DNA of 64,000 bases. It comes from an uncultured Clostridia bacterium (GTDB lineage: Bacteria; Bacillota; Clostridia; UBA1381). The stretch spans positions 458 through 64,457 of the forward strand of contig CANRAG010000002.1 in NCBI GenBank assembly GCA_947628515.1, read 5' to 3'. A program made the translations under genes and the position numbers. Of the stretch, positions 1 to 9,386 are shown piece by piece. The notes under the pieces are model-generated. The model was not told where the DNA came from. It saw only the letters and a list, made by a program, of their open reading frames with translations, and ran no database searches. How positions within the stretch are numbered: position 1 is the first letter of the stretch; every line of letters begins with the position of its first letter.

Positions 1-3000
1 GCGGATTTGTCTATAATAACTCCGTCAACGCCGCGCGCGGTTTCCATATCGGGCGCGCAGTTTTTAAGGAACACTCCGCCTATAGTATACGGCGATATAT
101 CGGTTTCATCGCGGATCGTCACCGTAAAGGTATCGCTTACGTTTTCGCTCGTCTGCGCGCCCGTAACCGCGAGCGTTGCTTTTACCGTGATATTTCCCGC
201 GGTCGCTGCTGCCGGTACTGTCAGCACCCCGTCCTCGACAGTACAGCCGTGATTTTCGCCCTCTATCGTCCATTTCGTTTCGCGCTCGGGTATTACGGTT
301 CCCTGCACGGTCGGGATTGCTTTAAGCGTAAGCGTGCCACCCTTATTTACCAGCTCCTCACCGGCAATTTTAACGCCGTCCGCGTCGCCTACCGCCAGAA
401 GCGTAAGCTCCGCCGTTTTTGTAACCGCGCCGTATGACGCGCTGATTTTGACCGTTCCCGGCTGCGCGGAAGGCGTGATTGTAAGCGTGCCGTCGGCGGC
501 GATACTTACACCCGTGTAACCGTTTACCGAATATGTGACGTTTGCCGCAGTGTCAGCCGCGCCGCGCGCCGTAATTTCGGATTTCCCCATTTCGGTTGTT
601 ATGCTGTTGTAAACCGTAGCGGTATATTTTACCGTTTGGCTTTCGGACGTGATATATTTTTCAGTCACGTTGTTTTCCGCCGCAAGCTCCATTGTGTCCG
701 CGCTGTCGGTAATTTCTATCTTTGAAATTGCCGCCGCGCCCCATCTGCCAAGCGTTATATCGAGCTTTGTCGCCGCACTGCTCAATTTAACCGTCGTCGT
801 GTACCATTTGTCAAACTCGCAGTTTTCCTTTAAGTCGATAACCTCCGAGCCGACATTTATTGTGTCAATGGGAGTGTTGTCGCTGTTTCTGTTCGCGCTG
901 CCGTTGTTGGTCGCATACGGTTTCGCGTATGTTATTTTCATATATTGCCCCGCTTTCACCTCGGCAGGAAGCGTCAGTGTCATTGACACGCCTCCGTTGC
1001 CGCCCGAGCCGAGGAACAGATAATATCCGTTTTCGGGAAGTCCGTTCCCGTAAGGATAATAGCCGCTGTTGTCGCTCGATTTATCCCGCACGACAACGTT
1101 ATTGTAATTTGAGGACACCGTTGAAATTTTAAATCCCGTCTTTCCTATCGCCGTTTCATCAAGACCGGATTGTGTAAAAGCTTTAATTTCATTATACGCG
1201 TCGCCGAAGGTATACGTCGGATTTTCAGGTATCGGCGTAGGCGACGGTGTGGGAGTAGGATCCGGCGCGAGCATATCAACCGAAGCCGGGCCGGAGAGCG
1301 GAACCATTGTATCCAGGCCGTCCCATAAAAATGCTTTTACGGTGTCTGCGCCGTTCTCCGCCGTATAGCTTATTTCCTTATCCTCGTCCGCCGCGAGCGT
1401 TATCGGCCACGTTTGCGCACCGAGTAAAGCGCCGCTCTTATAGCTTGCGATAATCAACTCCGCGTCCGTTACGGCTTCGCCCGCGTGAAGAGTTATTTTT
1501 TCCTTGTCCGCTTCCATATATGTACCGTATTCCGCAATCACATTATAGAATGAAAGCACGCTTTCATTCGTTTTTGCATCAACAAGAGTAGGCGTGAAAC
1601 GGTTCCCGTACATGCAGTCAACCGCTATCGTTCCCGAAAGCGTTTCTTCCGTTGTCAGCTTTACGCTGTTTTTTTCGATTATTTCCGCGTCGGAAACAGT
1701 AAGCGTCATGCCCTTTTTGCTGCCGGCGGATGTTATAATCTCGTCTCCGCCTTGCCTTACGGTAAATTCCTTTGTCAAATCGCCAAGCGCAATCGGCGCT
1801 CCGCCGTTTGTTATGCCTATGCGCTTCTGTGTTTTTTCTGTCTTTTTCAGACCGTTGGAGTTTTTGAATGTGAGAGTAATCTCATGCGAGCCTGTAACCC
1901 TTGCCGTATCAATCGTCGGCTGTCTGAATGAAACGGAGCTGTCGCCGTAAACGACATTACGCGCGGCGTTCGCCCATTTTCCCCCGAGAATCACGTTTGA
2001 GGCGGCGTTATTGTGAACCGTATCTCCAAGCTCCAGTTCGCCTGTGCCTACGACGTATACATTGTCGTACAGTTCCTCGTTACGGCGCTGTATATCCTTT
2101 ATAAACGACCAGCCGGCCTGATGGGAGCCGTTGTTGTAATCGTTAAGCTGCGTGGTGATTATCGTTGTATCCGCGCCGAAAAACGCGCGCATTTCATCAA
2201 AAACCTTTTGCTGAAGGCTTTGATAATTGTACGCGTAATTGTCGTTATCAGCGTCGTTACAGCCCTGATACCACAGAATACCCTTTACGTTATGCGACGG
2301 CATTTTATCAAAGCAGGACTTAAGCGCGGCGATTAAATACCCGCTGTTCGGGTCCGAATCGCGCACACCTTTCACCCATTGATATACGTTTGTGCCGCCC
2401 ACAGACGACTGAACTATACCGACAGGCACGTCCTCGCTCGCAGCTATTTCACGCGCGAAGCTCGTCACCGGAGACGTCCTCACGCCGGTCTTAAAAAATC
2501 TGCCCTCGCCCGCGGGGTGTTCCATTTTCTGCCACGCGCAGTCCTCGGGAAAAATTATGTGCATATTGTCGTTTATCGGATCTTCTGTATCAGGCGTAAA
2601 CCCGTCCGTGATTGCGCCCATATCCGTCATGTTCGACTGTCCCGCAGCGACCCATATGTCGCCGACAGCGACGTTTTCATATTCCGCGACAGTTTCACCA
2701 TCGGATTTTACGGTTATATCATACGTTCCGACGGAAAGCGTTTTCGTGTATATAAACGCGTTATTCTCCGCGTTGACCGCCTCGGCAGCTCCGTCAATTT
2801 CCACCGTGACGTTTTCGGTGCCATTTTCCAAAAGTCCCTTGATTGTGATTTCCGCTTCGTTGTTTTCATCGCGCTGATAAACCTGCCACGCCATCGGCGC
2901 GCGCGTTATCGCGACGCCGTGTACATATTCCGGTTCCGTGCCAAGCGACGCTATAACCTCCGCGCCGTCGAGAATTTCAATCATATCACAGTTGCGCGCG

Positions 3001-3350
3001 TGCTTAAATTCAAGAGTACCGCTGCCGTTCGACGCAGCTTCGTCCGTCCGTATAACCGTGCCGTCCTTTAATTCCTGCTTCACGGTATAGCTTTTGTTCG
3101 CCGTAAGTCCTTCCGCGCGGAACACGGGCTGATTTATACGCATGCCTTGTTTAACGCTCAAAATATCCGCCAGATTATCCGCTGTGACTTCTTTTTCTTC
3201 TTGGTCGTCTTTGTAGCAGGTCTGACTTTCGTTCACAACATTCTGATGCTTAAACACAATATCAGCCGCTTTTGCTGTGACGCATAACCCCGACGCCGCC
3301 GAGCACAGCATGGACATGCCCAGCATACACGAAATCATTTTTTTCATCAT
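1..3350 (-). CDS. Secreted multidomain carbohydrate esterase, 3'-truncated by the window edge: signal peptide, SASA/DUF303-type (sialate-O-acetylesterase-like) domain, Pro/Thr linker, CBM-like region, Big_2-like Ig repeats
   Basis: Absent from the supplied track because there is no stop in the window. My own reverse-complement reading from ATG ATG at 3350/3347 (RBS GGAGGA at 3353-3358) gives MMKKMISCMLGMSMLCSAASG..., a signal peptide, and appears open to position 1. It contains GDIWVAAGQSNM and GILWYQGCND blocks typical of SASA/DUF303 esterases, the linker PDPTPTPSPTPIP, and C-terminal Big_2-like repeats (VTYSVNGYTGVSIAADGTLTI). The plus-strand ORFs here are low-complexity shadow ORFs. Confidence 0.7.
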   Translation of the reverse strand, partial: MMKKMISCMLGMSMLCSAASGLCVTAKAADIVFKHQNVVNESQTCYKDDQEEKEVTADNLADILSVKQGMRINQPVFRAEGLTANKSYTVKQELKDGTVIRTDEAASNGSGTLEFKHARNCDMIEILDGAEVIASLGTEPEYVHGVAITRAPMAWQVYQRDENNEAEITIKGLLENGTENVTVEIDGAAEAVNAENNAFIYTKTLSVGTYDITVKSDGETVAEYENVAVGDIWVAAGQSNMTDMGAITDGFTPDTEDPINDNMHIIFPEDCAWQKMEHPAGEGRFFKTGVRTSPVTSFAREIAASEDVPVGIVQSSVGGTNVYQWVKGVRDSDPNSGYLIAALKSCFDKMPSHNVKGILWYQGCNDADNDNYAYNYQSLQQKVFDEMRAFFGADTTIITTQLNDYNNGSHQAGWSFIKDIQRRNEELYDNVYVVGTGELELGDTVHNNAASNVILGGKWANAARNVVYGDSSVSFRQPTIDTARVTGSHEITLTFKNSNGLKKTEKTQKRIGITNGGAPIALGDLTKEFTVRQGGDEIITSAGSKKGMTLTVSDAEIIEKNSVKLTTEETLSGTIAVDCMYGNRFTPTLVDAKTNESVLSFYNVIAEYGTYMEADKEKITLHAGEAVTDAELIIASYKSGALLGAQTWPITLAADEDKEISYTAENGADTVKAFLWDGLDTMVPLSGPASVDMLAPDPTPTPSPTPIPENPTYTFGDAYNEIKAFTQSGLDETAIGKTGFKISTVSSNYNNVVVRDKSSDNSGYYPYGNGLPENGYYLFLGSGGNGGVSMTLTLPAEVKAGQYMKITYAKPYATNNGSANRNSDNTPIDTINVGSEVIDLKENCEFDKWYTTTVKLSSAATKLDITLGRWGAAAISKIEITDSADTMELAAENNVTEKYITSESQTVKYTATVYNSITTEMGKSEITARGAADTAANVTYSVNGYTGVSIAADGTLTITPSAQPGTVKISASYGAVTKTAELTLLAVGDADGVKIAGEELVNKGGTLTLKAIPTVQGTVIPERETKWTIEGENHGCTVEDGVLTVPAAATAGNITVKATLAVTGAQTSENVSDTFTVTIRDETDISPYTIGGVFLKNCAPDMETARGVDGVIIDKS

Positions 3351-3548
3351 AATCCTCCGTTCTGAATTTTGTACCCGACGGGGAGATAAGAGAGAGAAGA
3401 AAATCTCCCCATCTTGCTCGTTTAACATCATTATACCGCTTTTAAATAACTTTTCTATTATAATAAGTCAGTTGTACTTGTCAAAAAGTCAGATTTTTAT
3501 ATTTACGTATTTCCCGAACGGAGTTATAATAAAAATGAGGTGGAAATT

Positions 3549-4369
3549 ATGGACGTACACAGCAAAAATCAAATACTGAATCAGCGCCTGTCAAAGCTGC
3601 AAACGGAATTTATACTTGTTGACCACGGCTTATGTCCCGACTGGTCGCGGCTTCCTCACCGCCGCAGGCGCGACAGCATTTATCTGATTCTTAGCGGCGA
3701 GGGTAAAATCACGGTAAACGGGCAGGAAATATATCCAAGGAAAACAATATGGTACTGCTCCCGAAAAATTCGATGGTATCGCTGTATTCGAAAAATGAAA
3801 CGTGCTACAACAAATATTGGTGCGATTTTATAATGCACTTTGACGGGATTTCGCTGTTCGACACGATTGATTTTCCGTACATGATAAAGCTTGACGATAT
3901 TTCCCGCGCACTGGAGCTTTTTGAGCTTCTTGACACTCTTCATCTCCGTAACGATACGGCTTCGGCTTTGCAGATAAACGCTGCGCTTTTGGAGCTTATT
4001 TCGATGTTTCTTGAAAACGATGCGCGCGATATGCCTCATGACGCTAAGGACAATCCTTTTACCGATAAAATGAAAAAATATATTGAGAGTCATATTGCCG
4101 GGAATTTGTCCGTAAAGAGGCTTGCCTCGGTTATGAATTTTAACGAAAAATATTTTATTGATGTATTTAAGGATAATTTTAGGACAACTCCCGCAAAATA
4201 TGTGAAAACAGTAAGGCTCGAGGCGGCAAAGCACGCGTTGTTGTATTCCGATGTCAAGGTGTCGTCAATCCCCGGTAAAATCGGATATTCAAGTCCTGAA
4301 AAGCTGTCAAAGGATTTCAAGGAATATACCGGCTTTTCGCCGAGCAACTTCCGCCGGACCTTTAAATAA
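3549..4369 (+). pseudogene. AraC/XylS-family regulator (cupin sensor + double HTH) with one reading-frame break
   Basis: Track ORFs 3540..3833 and 3749..4369 are two halves of one AraC protein. The first ends ...DSIYLILSGEGKITVNGQEIYPRK (cupin). The second continues (NN)MVLLPKNSMVSLYS... and carries the C-terminal HTH_18 region (SVKRLASVMNFNEKYFIDVFKDNFRTTPAKYVKTVRLEAAKHALL...IGYSSPEKLSKDFKEYTGFSPSNFRR). The frames differ by 1 nt around the A4 run at 3741-3744. ATG 3549 is preceded by GAGGTGG. It is divergent from the esterase gene at 1-3350. Confidence 0.6.
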
Positions 4370-4395
4370 ACAAGGTATGATTTTCCGCCGCATCT

Positions 4396-4870
4396 TTGAA
4401 CTCTTATGTTATACACCGCTATATAATCGCCGTGGCAAAGGACGGCTCTCAACCGCGTTTAAACTACACGATCTGGGGATATGACCCCTTTACCGTCAAT
4501 ACGAACAAAAACGGAAATTTGGCGGTGGTAAATCTGATAGCATCCGATTATTCCGGTCAGGGAATATTGATAAACAATGAGCTGAATATCGGCGGCACGG
4601 GTACGGTCGCGATAGTCGGCGGCGGAAGTGCCGTTTACGGACGTCGCGGGAACGGATTGGTTCTATAATGCGGTAAAGGCAGTATACGATGAGGGCATTA
4701 TGAACGGCGTAAGCGATACGGAATTTGCGCCGAACATGCCTCTCACGCGCGGGATGCTTGTGACAATCGTAGGACGCATGGGCGCAGCGGAGTCTGCGTC
4801 AAACACGTCGTTTGCAGACGTTTCCGCTGACGCGTACTACGCTCCGTATGTTGCGTGGGCTGCCGAAAAC
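4396..4870 (+). pseudogene. Remnant of an SLH-domain cell-surface protein gene (two frames, no credible start, truncated)
   Basis: Track ORF 4628..4975 (GTG) reads PFTDVAGTDWFYNAVKAVYDEGIMNGVSDTEFAPNMPLTRGMLVTIVGRM...SFADVSADAYYAPYVAWAAEN, which is about 1.5 canonical SLH repeats. Homology then stops and the ORF runs into the convergent transporter gene. ORF 4396..4668 abuts it in another frame. Neither piece has an RBS. A small hairpin plus T-run follows at about 4892-4916. Confidence 0.4.
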
Positions 4871-4917
4871 ATATTTTACTGTTTTATCTCACGTGCCCTT
4901 TCGGGCTCTTTTTTTAT

Positions 4918-6153
4918 TTACAGCTTTGTAAGAAACTGCGCCGCCAACACCACGGTTATAAGCGCTATGGGATAGGTCGCCGCGTACGCCGACGCAACGT
5001 TTGACGTGCCCGTCATATTGATTAACGCGCCCAATGCCGGCGTGCTCGTCATACCGCCCGTAAGCGAGCCGAGGTTATTAAACAGACTCAGCTTTACAAC
5101 ATATTTCGCTACCATAAATCCTATAATCATCGGGATAAGCGTTATGAGCGCGCCCCATACAAACAGGATTGCGCCATGCTGCGCGAGCGTCTTGACGAAA
5201 GCCGCGCCTCCCTCGACGCCGGCTCCGGCGAGGAAGAGTATAAGCCCAAGCTCCTGGAAGATTGAAAGAAGCTTCGGATCAGCCTTCATGTCAAACCTTC
5301 CTATATGCCCGAAATGGCCGAGGATAAGACCCATAATCAGCGGCCCGCCCGTCGTGCCCAGTGAAAAGGCGCTTCCGCCGCCGAGCGGTATGCTTATCGA
5401 GCCTACGACAAGACCTATCATAATCGCGACCGCGAACGCGCCGATACCGAATTTATCGACCGTGAAATACTTCTTTCCGTCCGACCGTTCGCCCTTGCCC
5501 GCGTCCACGTCCTCAAGCAGCGCTCTTTCCTTTGCCATATCCGCTCCGAGAATTTTCGGCACTATCTGCACAAACAGCACAACGCCTATAACCCCGAACG
5601 GATACGCGATTGCCTGACCTACCGCGACGTTTGTCGCGAGCGTTTCGCCGACAGCCTCCTGTGCCGCGGCAAACGCCGGTGTGCTTGTAAGCGCGCCCGA
5701 AAGCAACCCTACCGTCAGCGCCGCGTCCATGTTCGGCGCGAACTTTATTATCGCGGCAGCCACAATCGCGCCCGAAAATATTATTATAAGTCCCAAAAGC
5801 ACGTATGATTTCGCGTTATTTACAAGGTTTTTAAAAAACGACGGGCCGGCGATAAGTCCGATTGACGTTACAAACAGCACAAGACCGAGGTTCTGCACCA
5901 TTTTGAAGTAATCGTTTACCTTTGACGCGTCGTCCGCCCACGCCGCTATGCTCTCAAAAGCGACGCCCTTAAAGTGACCTACGACCAACGCCATAATAAA
6001 TATACCGGCGCTGCCCAGAGACACTCCCTTTACGGATATGTGCCCCAGAAAGTAGCCCGTTACCAAAATCAGAAACAGAAAGAACAGAGTAAGCGCCATC
6101 GCGCCCATACTGTACATATGCGTTCCCAACACCTCAAATAATTTAAAGCTCAT
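4918..6153 (-). CDS. AAE-family (Asp-Al_Ex repeat; AspT/SucE1/YidE-like) membrane transporter, short form without TrkA_C inserts
   Basis: 411 aa and hydrophobic throughout, with roughly 10 TM segments. The N-terminus ...LGHISVKGVSLGSAGIFIMALVVGH and a second similar half (...ISIPLGGGSAFSLGTTGGPLIMGLILGH) match the duplicated Asp-Al_Ex permease repeat. It is the last gene of the redox string. A 73-nt gap with a weak 6-bp hairpin (6188-6207) separates it from the flavoprotein gene. Confidence 0.6.
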   Translation of the reverse strand: MSFKLFEVLGTHMYSMGAMALTLFFLFLILVTGYFLGHISVKGVSLGSAGIFIMALVVGHFKGVAFESIAAWADDASKVNDYFKMVQNLGLVLFVTSIGLIAGPSFFKNLVNNAKSYVLLGLIIIFSGAIVAAAIIKFAPNMDAALTVGLLSGALTSTPAFAAAQEAVGETLATNVAVGQAIAYPFGVIGVVLFVQIVPKILGADMAKERALLEDVDAGKGERSDGKKYFTVDKFGIGAFAVAIMIGLVVGSISIPLGGGSAFSLGTTGGPLIMGLILGHFGHIGRFDMKADPKLLSIFQELGLILFLAGAGVEGGAAFVKTLAQHGAILFVWGALITLIPMIIGFMVAKYVVKLSLFNNLGSLTGGMTSTPALGALINMTGTSNVASAYAATYPIALITVVLAAQFLTKL

Positions 6154-6226
6154 TTGCTATACCTCTTTCCCTTTTACGCGGCGATAAGACCGCCATGATA
6201 AGCGGTCCCGTCACAGAAACAATTAT

Positions 6227-7828
6227 TTATCTTTCGTGTCTGGCGTACTTCGGTAAAAGCAGCGGAGATACGTCGTTAGTTTCAAGTCCCGCTTCCGCCA
6301 AAGCCTTAGCGTAATCCTCGATATGCCGCAAGGTCAGCGCGCCAAGCTCTATATCCTTAGCCTTAGCCGCCGCTGCCTTACCCGCGTTCCGTCCGAATAC
6401 TATAATATCGAGAAGCGAGTTGCCCATGAGCCGGTTCCGTCCGTGAATTCCGCCCACGGCCTCGCCCGCCACGAGAAGGTTGTCAATAACCTTTGTAAAA
6501 CCGTCGCCGCCTATTTCAAGGCCGCCGTTCTGATAATGCAGCGTGGGATATACAAGAATGGGAAGCTCCCTCATGTCTATTCCGTAGTTCAGATACATTC
6601 TAAGCATCGCCGGTATTCTCTTTTCAATTGTGCCCGCCCCGCCTATTTTCTCAATCATCGGTGTATCGAGCCATACGCCCGAACCGAGCGGCGTCGTTAC
6701 GCCCTTGCCGCGCGCCGAACACTCGCGGATAATTGACGCGGCGGATACGTCGCGCGTTTCGAGCGGGTGCATGAACGCCTCGCCCTCCGCGTTTACGAGC
6801 ATCGCGCCCAAGGAACGCACCTTTTCCGTAACGAGCGCGCCGAATATCTGCGACGGATACGCCACGCCTGTCGGATGGTACTGGATCGTGTCCTGGTACA
6901 GCAGCGGCGCGCCCGCGCGGTAACCCATGACAAGACCGTCGGCCGTGGCTCCGTAATGGTTTGAGGTCGGGAAGTTCTGATAGTGCATTCTCCCCGCGCC
7001 GCCGGTCGCGATAATAACCGTCTTTGCGCGCGCGACCATATAATCGCCCGTTTCCATATTAAGAAGAACGGCGCCCGCCGCGCGTCCGTTTGTATCCTTT
7101 ATAAGCTCAACCGCCGATGTGAACTCGATTACCGGTATCTTGCGGTTTATGACCTCGTCTCGAACGGTTCTCATTATTTCAGCGCCCGAATAGTCCTTGC
7201 AGGCGTGCATTCTCTTTCTCGATGTGCCGCCGCCATGGGTCGTCACCATGTCGCCGTCCTCGTCCTTATCGAACATAACGCCCAGCTCGTTAAGCCATTT
7301 TATGGCGTCCGGCGCTTCCATGACCAACCGCCTTAAAAGCTCGGGTCTTGCGGCAAAGTGACCGCCGCCGAAAGCGTCAAGATAGTGCTGTACCGGCGAG
7401 TCGTTAGGCTTATCAGCCGCCTGTATTCCGCCCTCGGCCATCATCGTATTCGCGTCGCCTATGCGAAGCTTTGTCACTATCATTACCTTAGCGCCCGCCT
7501 CGTCAGCCTCGATTGCGGCCGACGCGCCGGCTCCGCCGCCGCCGATTATCAGCACATCCGTATCATAATCAATCTTTGTGAGGTCAATATCCTCGCCCAG
7601 AATACGGCTGTTTGAATGTAGAAGATTCGCAAGCTCCTTCGGGGCCTTCTCGCCCTTGTTGGGGCCAATCTTAATCTCGTCAAACGCCTCTGTTCTGTAG
7701 TCGGGATGATACGCCTTTAAAAGCTCGTCTTTTTCCTCGGCGGTCATTCTGCGCGGTTCTGTGCGCATACGCTCGTCGCGGGTGGCTTCAACCTTCCTGA
7801 CCGATTTCATCATTTCCGGTGTAAACAT
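6227..7828 (-). CDS. Soluble fumarate-reductase/succinate-dehydrogenase-type FAD flavoprotein (FrdA/SdhA/TfrA-like), non-covalent-FAD type
   Basis: 533 aa. VLIIGGGGAGASAAIEA (ADP-binding fold), TMMAEGGIQAA, QYHPTG and GGIHGRNRLMGNSLLDIIVFG are hallmark blocks of the SdhA/FrdA/NadB superfamily. There is no His at the covalent-flavinylation position (DANTMMAEGG). The N-terminus has an unusual ~90-aa extension. No membrane-anchor genes are nearby. Confidence 0.7.
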   Translation of the reverse strand: MFTPEMMKSVRKVEATRDERMRTEPRRMTAEEKDELLKAYHPDYRTEAFDEIKIGPNKGEKAPKELANLLHSNSRILGEDIDLTKIDYDTDVLIIGGGGAGASAAIEADEAGAKVMIVTKLRIGDANTMMAEGGIQAADKPNDSPVQHYLDAFGGGHFAARPELLRRLVMEAPDAIKWLNELGVMFDKDEDGDMVTTHGGGTSRKRMHACKDYSGAEIMRTVRDEVINRKIPVIEFTSAVELIKDTNGRAAGAVLLNMETGDYMVARAKTVIIATGGAGRMHYQNFPTSNHYGATADGLVMGYRAGAPLLYQDTIQYHPTGVAYPSQIFGALVTEKVRSLGAMLVNAEGEAFMHPLETRDVSAASIIRECSARGKGVTTPLGSGVWLDTPMIEKIGGAGTIEKRIPAMLRMYLNYGIDMRELPILVYPTLHYQNGGLEIGGDGFTKVIDNLLVAGEAVGGIHGRNRLMGNSLLDIIVFGRNAGKAAAAKAKDIELGALTLRHIEDYAKALAEAGLETNDVSPLLLPKYARHER

Positions 7829-7842
7829 TATATCATCCCTCC

Positions 7843-8517
7843 TTACTTCTCAATATCCCTTGTATTGTACAGCTCTTCAATCTCCGTTATCGGCTTTTGC
7901 ATAATCCGTTCTATAAGCTCGTCGTACTCTCCGTGGTTAATCTCCTCGACCCTGTCCTCAAGATGCCTAGATTTCGGCGCGATATATTTGCCCGTAAGCC
8001 GTCTTGCGAGCAACCCCACCATAGGATGCGAGATACCCGCCGGACATCTTACCGAGCAGCAGCCGCAGCCCACGCAATCGAATGAAAGCTCGGCGCACTT
8101 CTTGAAATCGCCCCTCTGCGCATACGCTATGTACTGCATTACGTCAAGCCCCTGTGTGCAGGCCTTTGTGCACGCGTTACAGCCGATACAGCTGTAAATC
8201 TCCGGATAAAGCTGCATCATAATCTGCTTATCCGGCTTTATTTCCTCTATCTTATACGTCCTCTTGTCCGTGGGGAAGAACGGAATACTTGCCACGCACA
8301 TCCCCTCCTGCACCTGCGTCTGACATGCAAGACATGTGTGCAGCTCATTTTTGCCCTTTATCCTGTATATGGTAGCGCAAGCGCCGCAAAAACCGTGACG
8401 GCAGCCGCAGCCGCGTTTTAATTCGTAACCGGCATACTCCATAGCGGTCATAATGGTAAGACTGTCCGGAACGCTGTAGCGCTTACCGTAAAAGTATACG
8501 TCAACCATGTTATCCAT
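7843..8517 (-). CDS. SdhB/FrdB-type iron-sulfur subunit (2Fe-2S plus two cubane-cluster motifs)
   Basis: 224 aa. GCRHGFCGACATIYRIKGKNELHTC fits the C-x4-C-x2-C...C plant-type 2Fe-2S motif of SdhB. It is followed by CIGCNACTKAC and CVGCGCCSVRCP. A 14-nt gap separates it from the flavoprotein gene. Confidence 0.7.
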   Translation of the reverse strand: MDNMVDVYFYGKRYSVPDSLTIMTAMEYAGYELKRGCGCRHGFCGACATIYRIKGKNELHTCLACQTQVQEGMCVASIPFFPTDKRTYKIEEIKPDKQIMMQLYPEIYSCIGCNACTKACTQGLDVMQYIAYAQRGDFKKCAELSFDCVGCGCCSVRCPAGISHPMVGLLARRLTGKYIAPKSRHLEDRVEEINHGEYDELIERIMQKPITEIEELYNTRDIEK

Positions 8518-8530
8518 GTGTCATTCCTCC

Positions 8531-9385
8531 TTAATATTCATCGGGCAGCTCGCCTATCTCGTCATAACGGAATACCGGCCCGTCCTTGCATACATATTTT
8601 GAACCGATATTGCATCTGCCGCACTTACCGATACCGCACTTCATACGCAGCTCCAGAGTTGTGTAAACCTGCTCATCCTTAAAGCCCAGCTCCTTAAGCC
8701 CCTGCAGTACAAACTTAATCATTATCGGCGGCCCGCATACAAGCGCGACTCTGTCGGTATCAAAGCCAAGCTCGCCGACATATGCCGGAACGAAACCCAC
8801 ATGGCCGTCCCAGCCCTCCTGCTCGCGGTCGATTGTGAGATATACGTTAACGTCTTTGGCATTCGCCCACACCTTGCGGATTTCCTCAAGCTTTACGAGA
8901 TCGTCGGCGGAACGCGAGCCGTAAACTATATCAACCGTTCCGTAATCGCCGCGGTTGTCGAGCACATAGTTTATCACCGAACGGAGCGGCGCAAGACCTA
9001 TACCTCCGGCGATAAACAGCAGATTTTTTCCTTTTAAATCCGTCTCGACCGGGAAATGGTTCCCGTACGGACCTCTTACGGTAATCTCGTCACCCTCTTC
9101 AAGATCATGCAGATAGCCCGTCAGCTCGCCGCACTTCTTTATGCTGAACTCCTGATACTCCTTGTTTGTGGGCGAGGATGTTATCGAAAACATACCCTCG
9201 CTTATACCGGGCGCGCAAAGCATCGCGCACTGGCCGGGCATATGCTCAAAGAGCTTGCCGCCCTGCGGAGCGGTCACGCAAAAGGTTTTAACATCAGGTG
9301 TTTCCCGTGTTATTTTTGTTATAACGCCCACACGCGGGACAAGCGCGTCAATCGCGTAATGCCTGGTACATGAACCCTCGCTCAT
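8531..9385 (-). CDS. flxA: FlxA-like NAD(P)H:FAD oxidoreductase subunit (AsrB/HydG-type FNR fold with C-terminal 2Fe-2S)
   Basis: 284 aa. It shows FNR-like blocks (GMFSITSSP, LLFIAGGIGLAPL) and a C-terminal CGIGKCGRCNIG...C cluster motif. Its position at the end of the hdr-flx string matches the published flxABCD-hdrABC module. Confidence 0.65.
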   Translation of the reverse strand: MSEGSCTRHYAIDALVPRVGVITKITRETPDVKTFCVTAPQGGKLFEHMPGQCAMLCAPGISEGMFSITSSPTNKEYQEFSIKKCGELTGYLHDLEEGDEITVRGPYGNHFPVETDLKGKNLLFIAGGIGLAPLRSVINYVLDNRGDYGTVDIVYGSRSADDLVKLEEIRKVWANAKDVNVYLTIDREQEGWDGHVGFVPAYVGELGFDTDRVALVCGPPIMIKFVLQGLKELGFKDEQVYTTLELRMKCGIGKCGRCNIGSKYVCKDGPVFRYDEIGELPDEY

Positions 9386-9386
9386 A

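Noticed and set aside
2379-3071. Long plus-strand ORFs across 1-3350 (e.g. 649..1023, 1594..1950, 2379..3071)
   Set aside because: Their products are low-complexity or Arg/Ser/Val-rich. They lie antisense to a continuous minus-strand frame that encodes a signal peptide and SASA and Big_2 motifs. They are shadow ORFs.
3339-3347. A7 run (codons 3-5, KKM) at the start of the esterase gene as a phase-variation tract
   Set aside because: Seven A is short for slipped-strand switching, and Lys-rich signal-peptide N-regions commonly produce such runs.
6227-8517. Alternative call as adenylylsulfate reductase AprAB or L-aspartate oxidase
   Set aside because: The Fe-S partner has the SdhB-type 2Fe-2S motif plus two cubane-cluster motifs in 224 aa, whereas AprB has only two 4Fe-4S clusters in about 150 aa. 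NadB has no Fe-S partner. No sat, qmo or dsr genes are nearby. This cannot be excluded without a phylogeny, so the claim is kept at 'Frd-like'.
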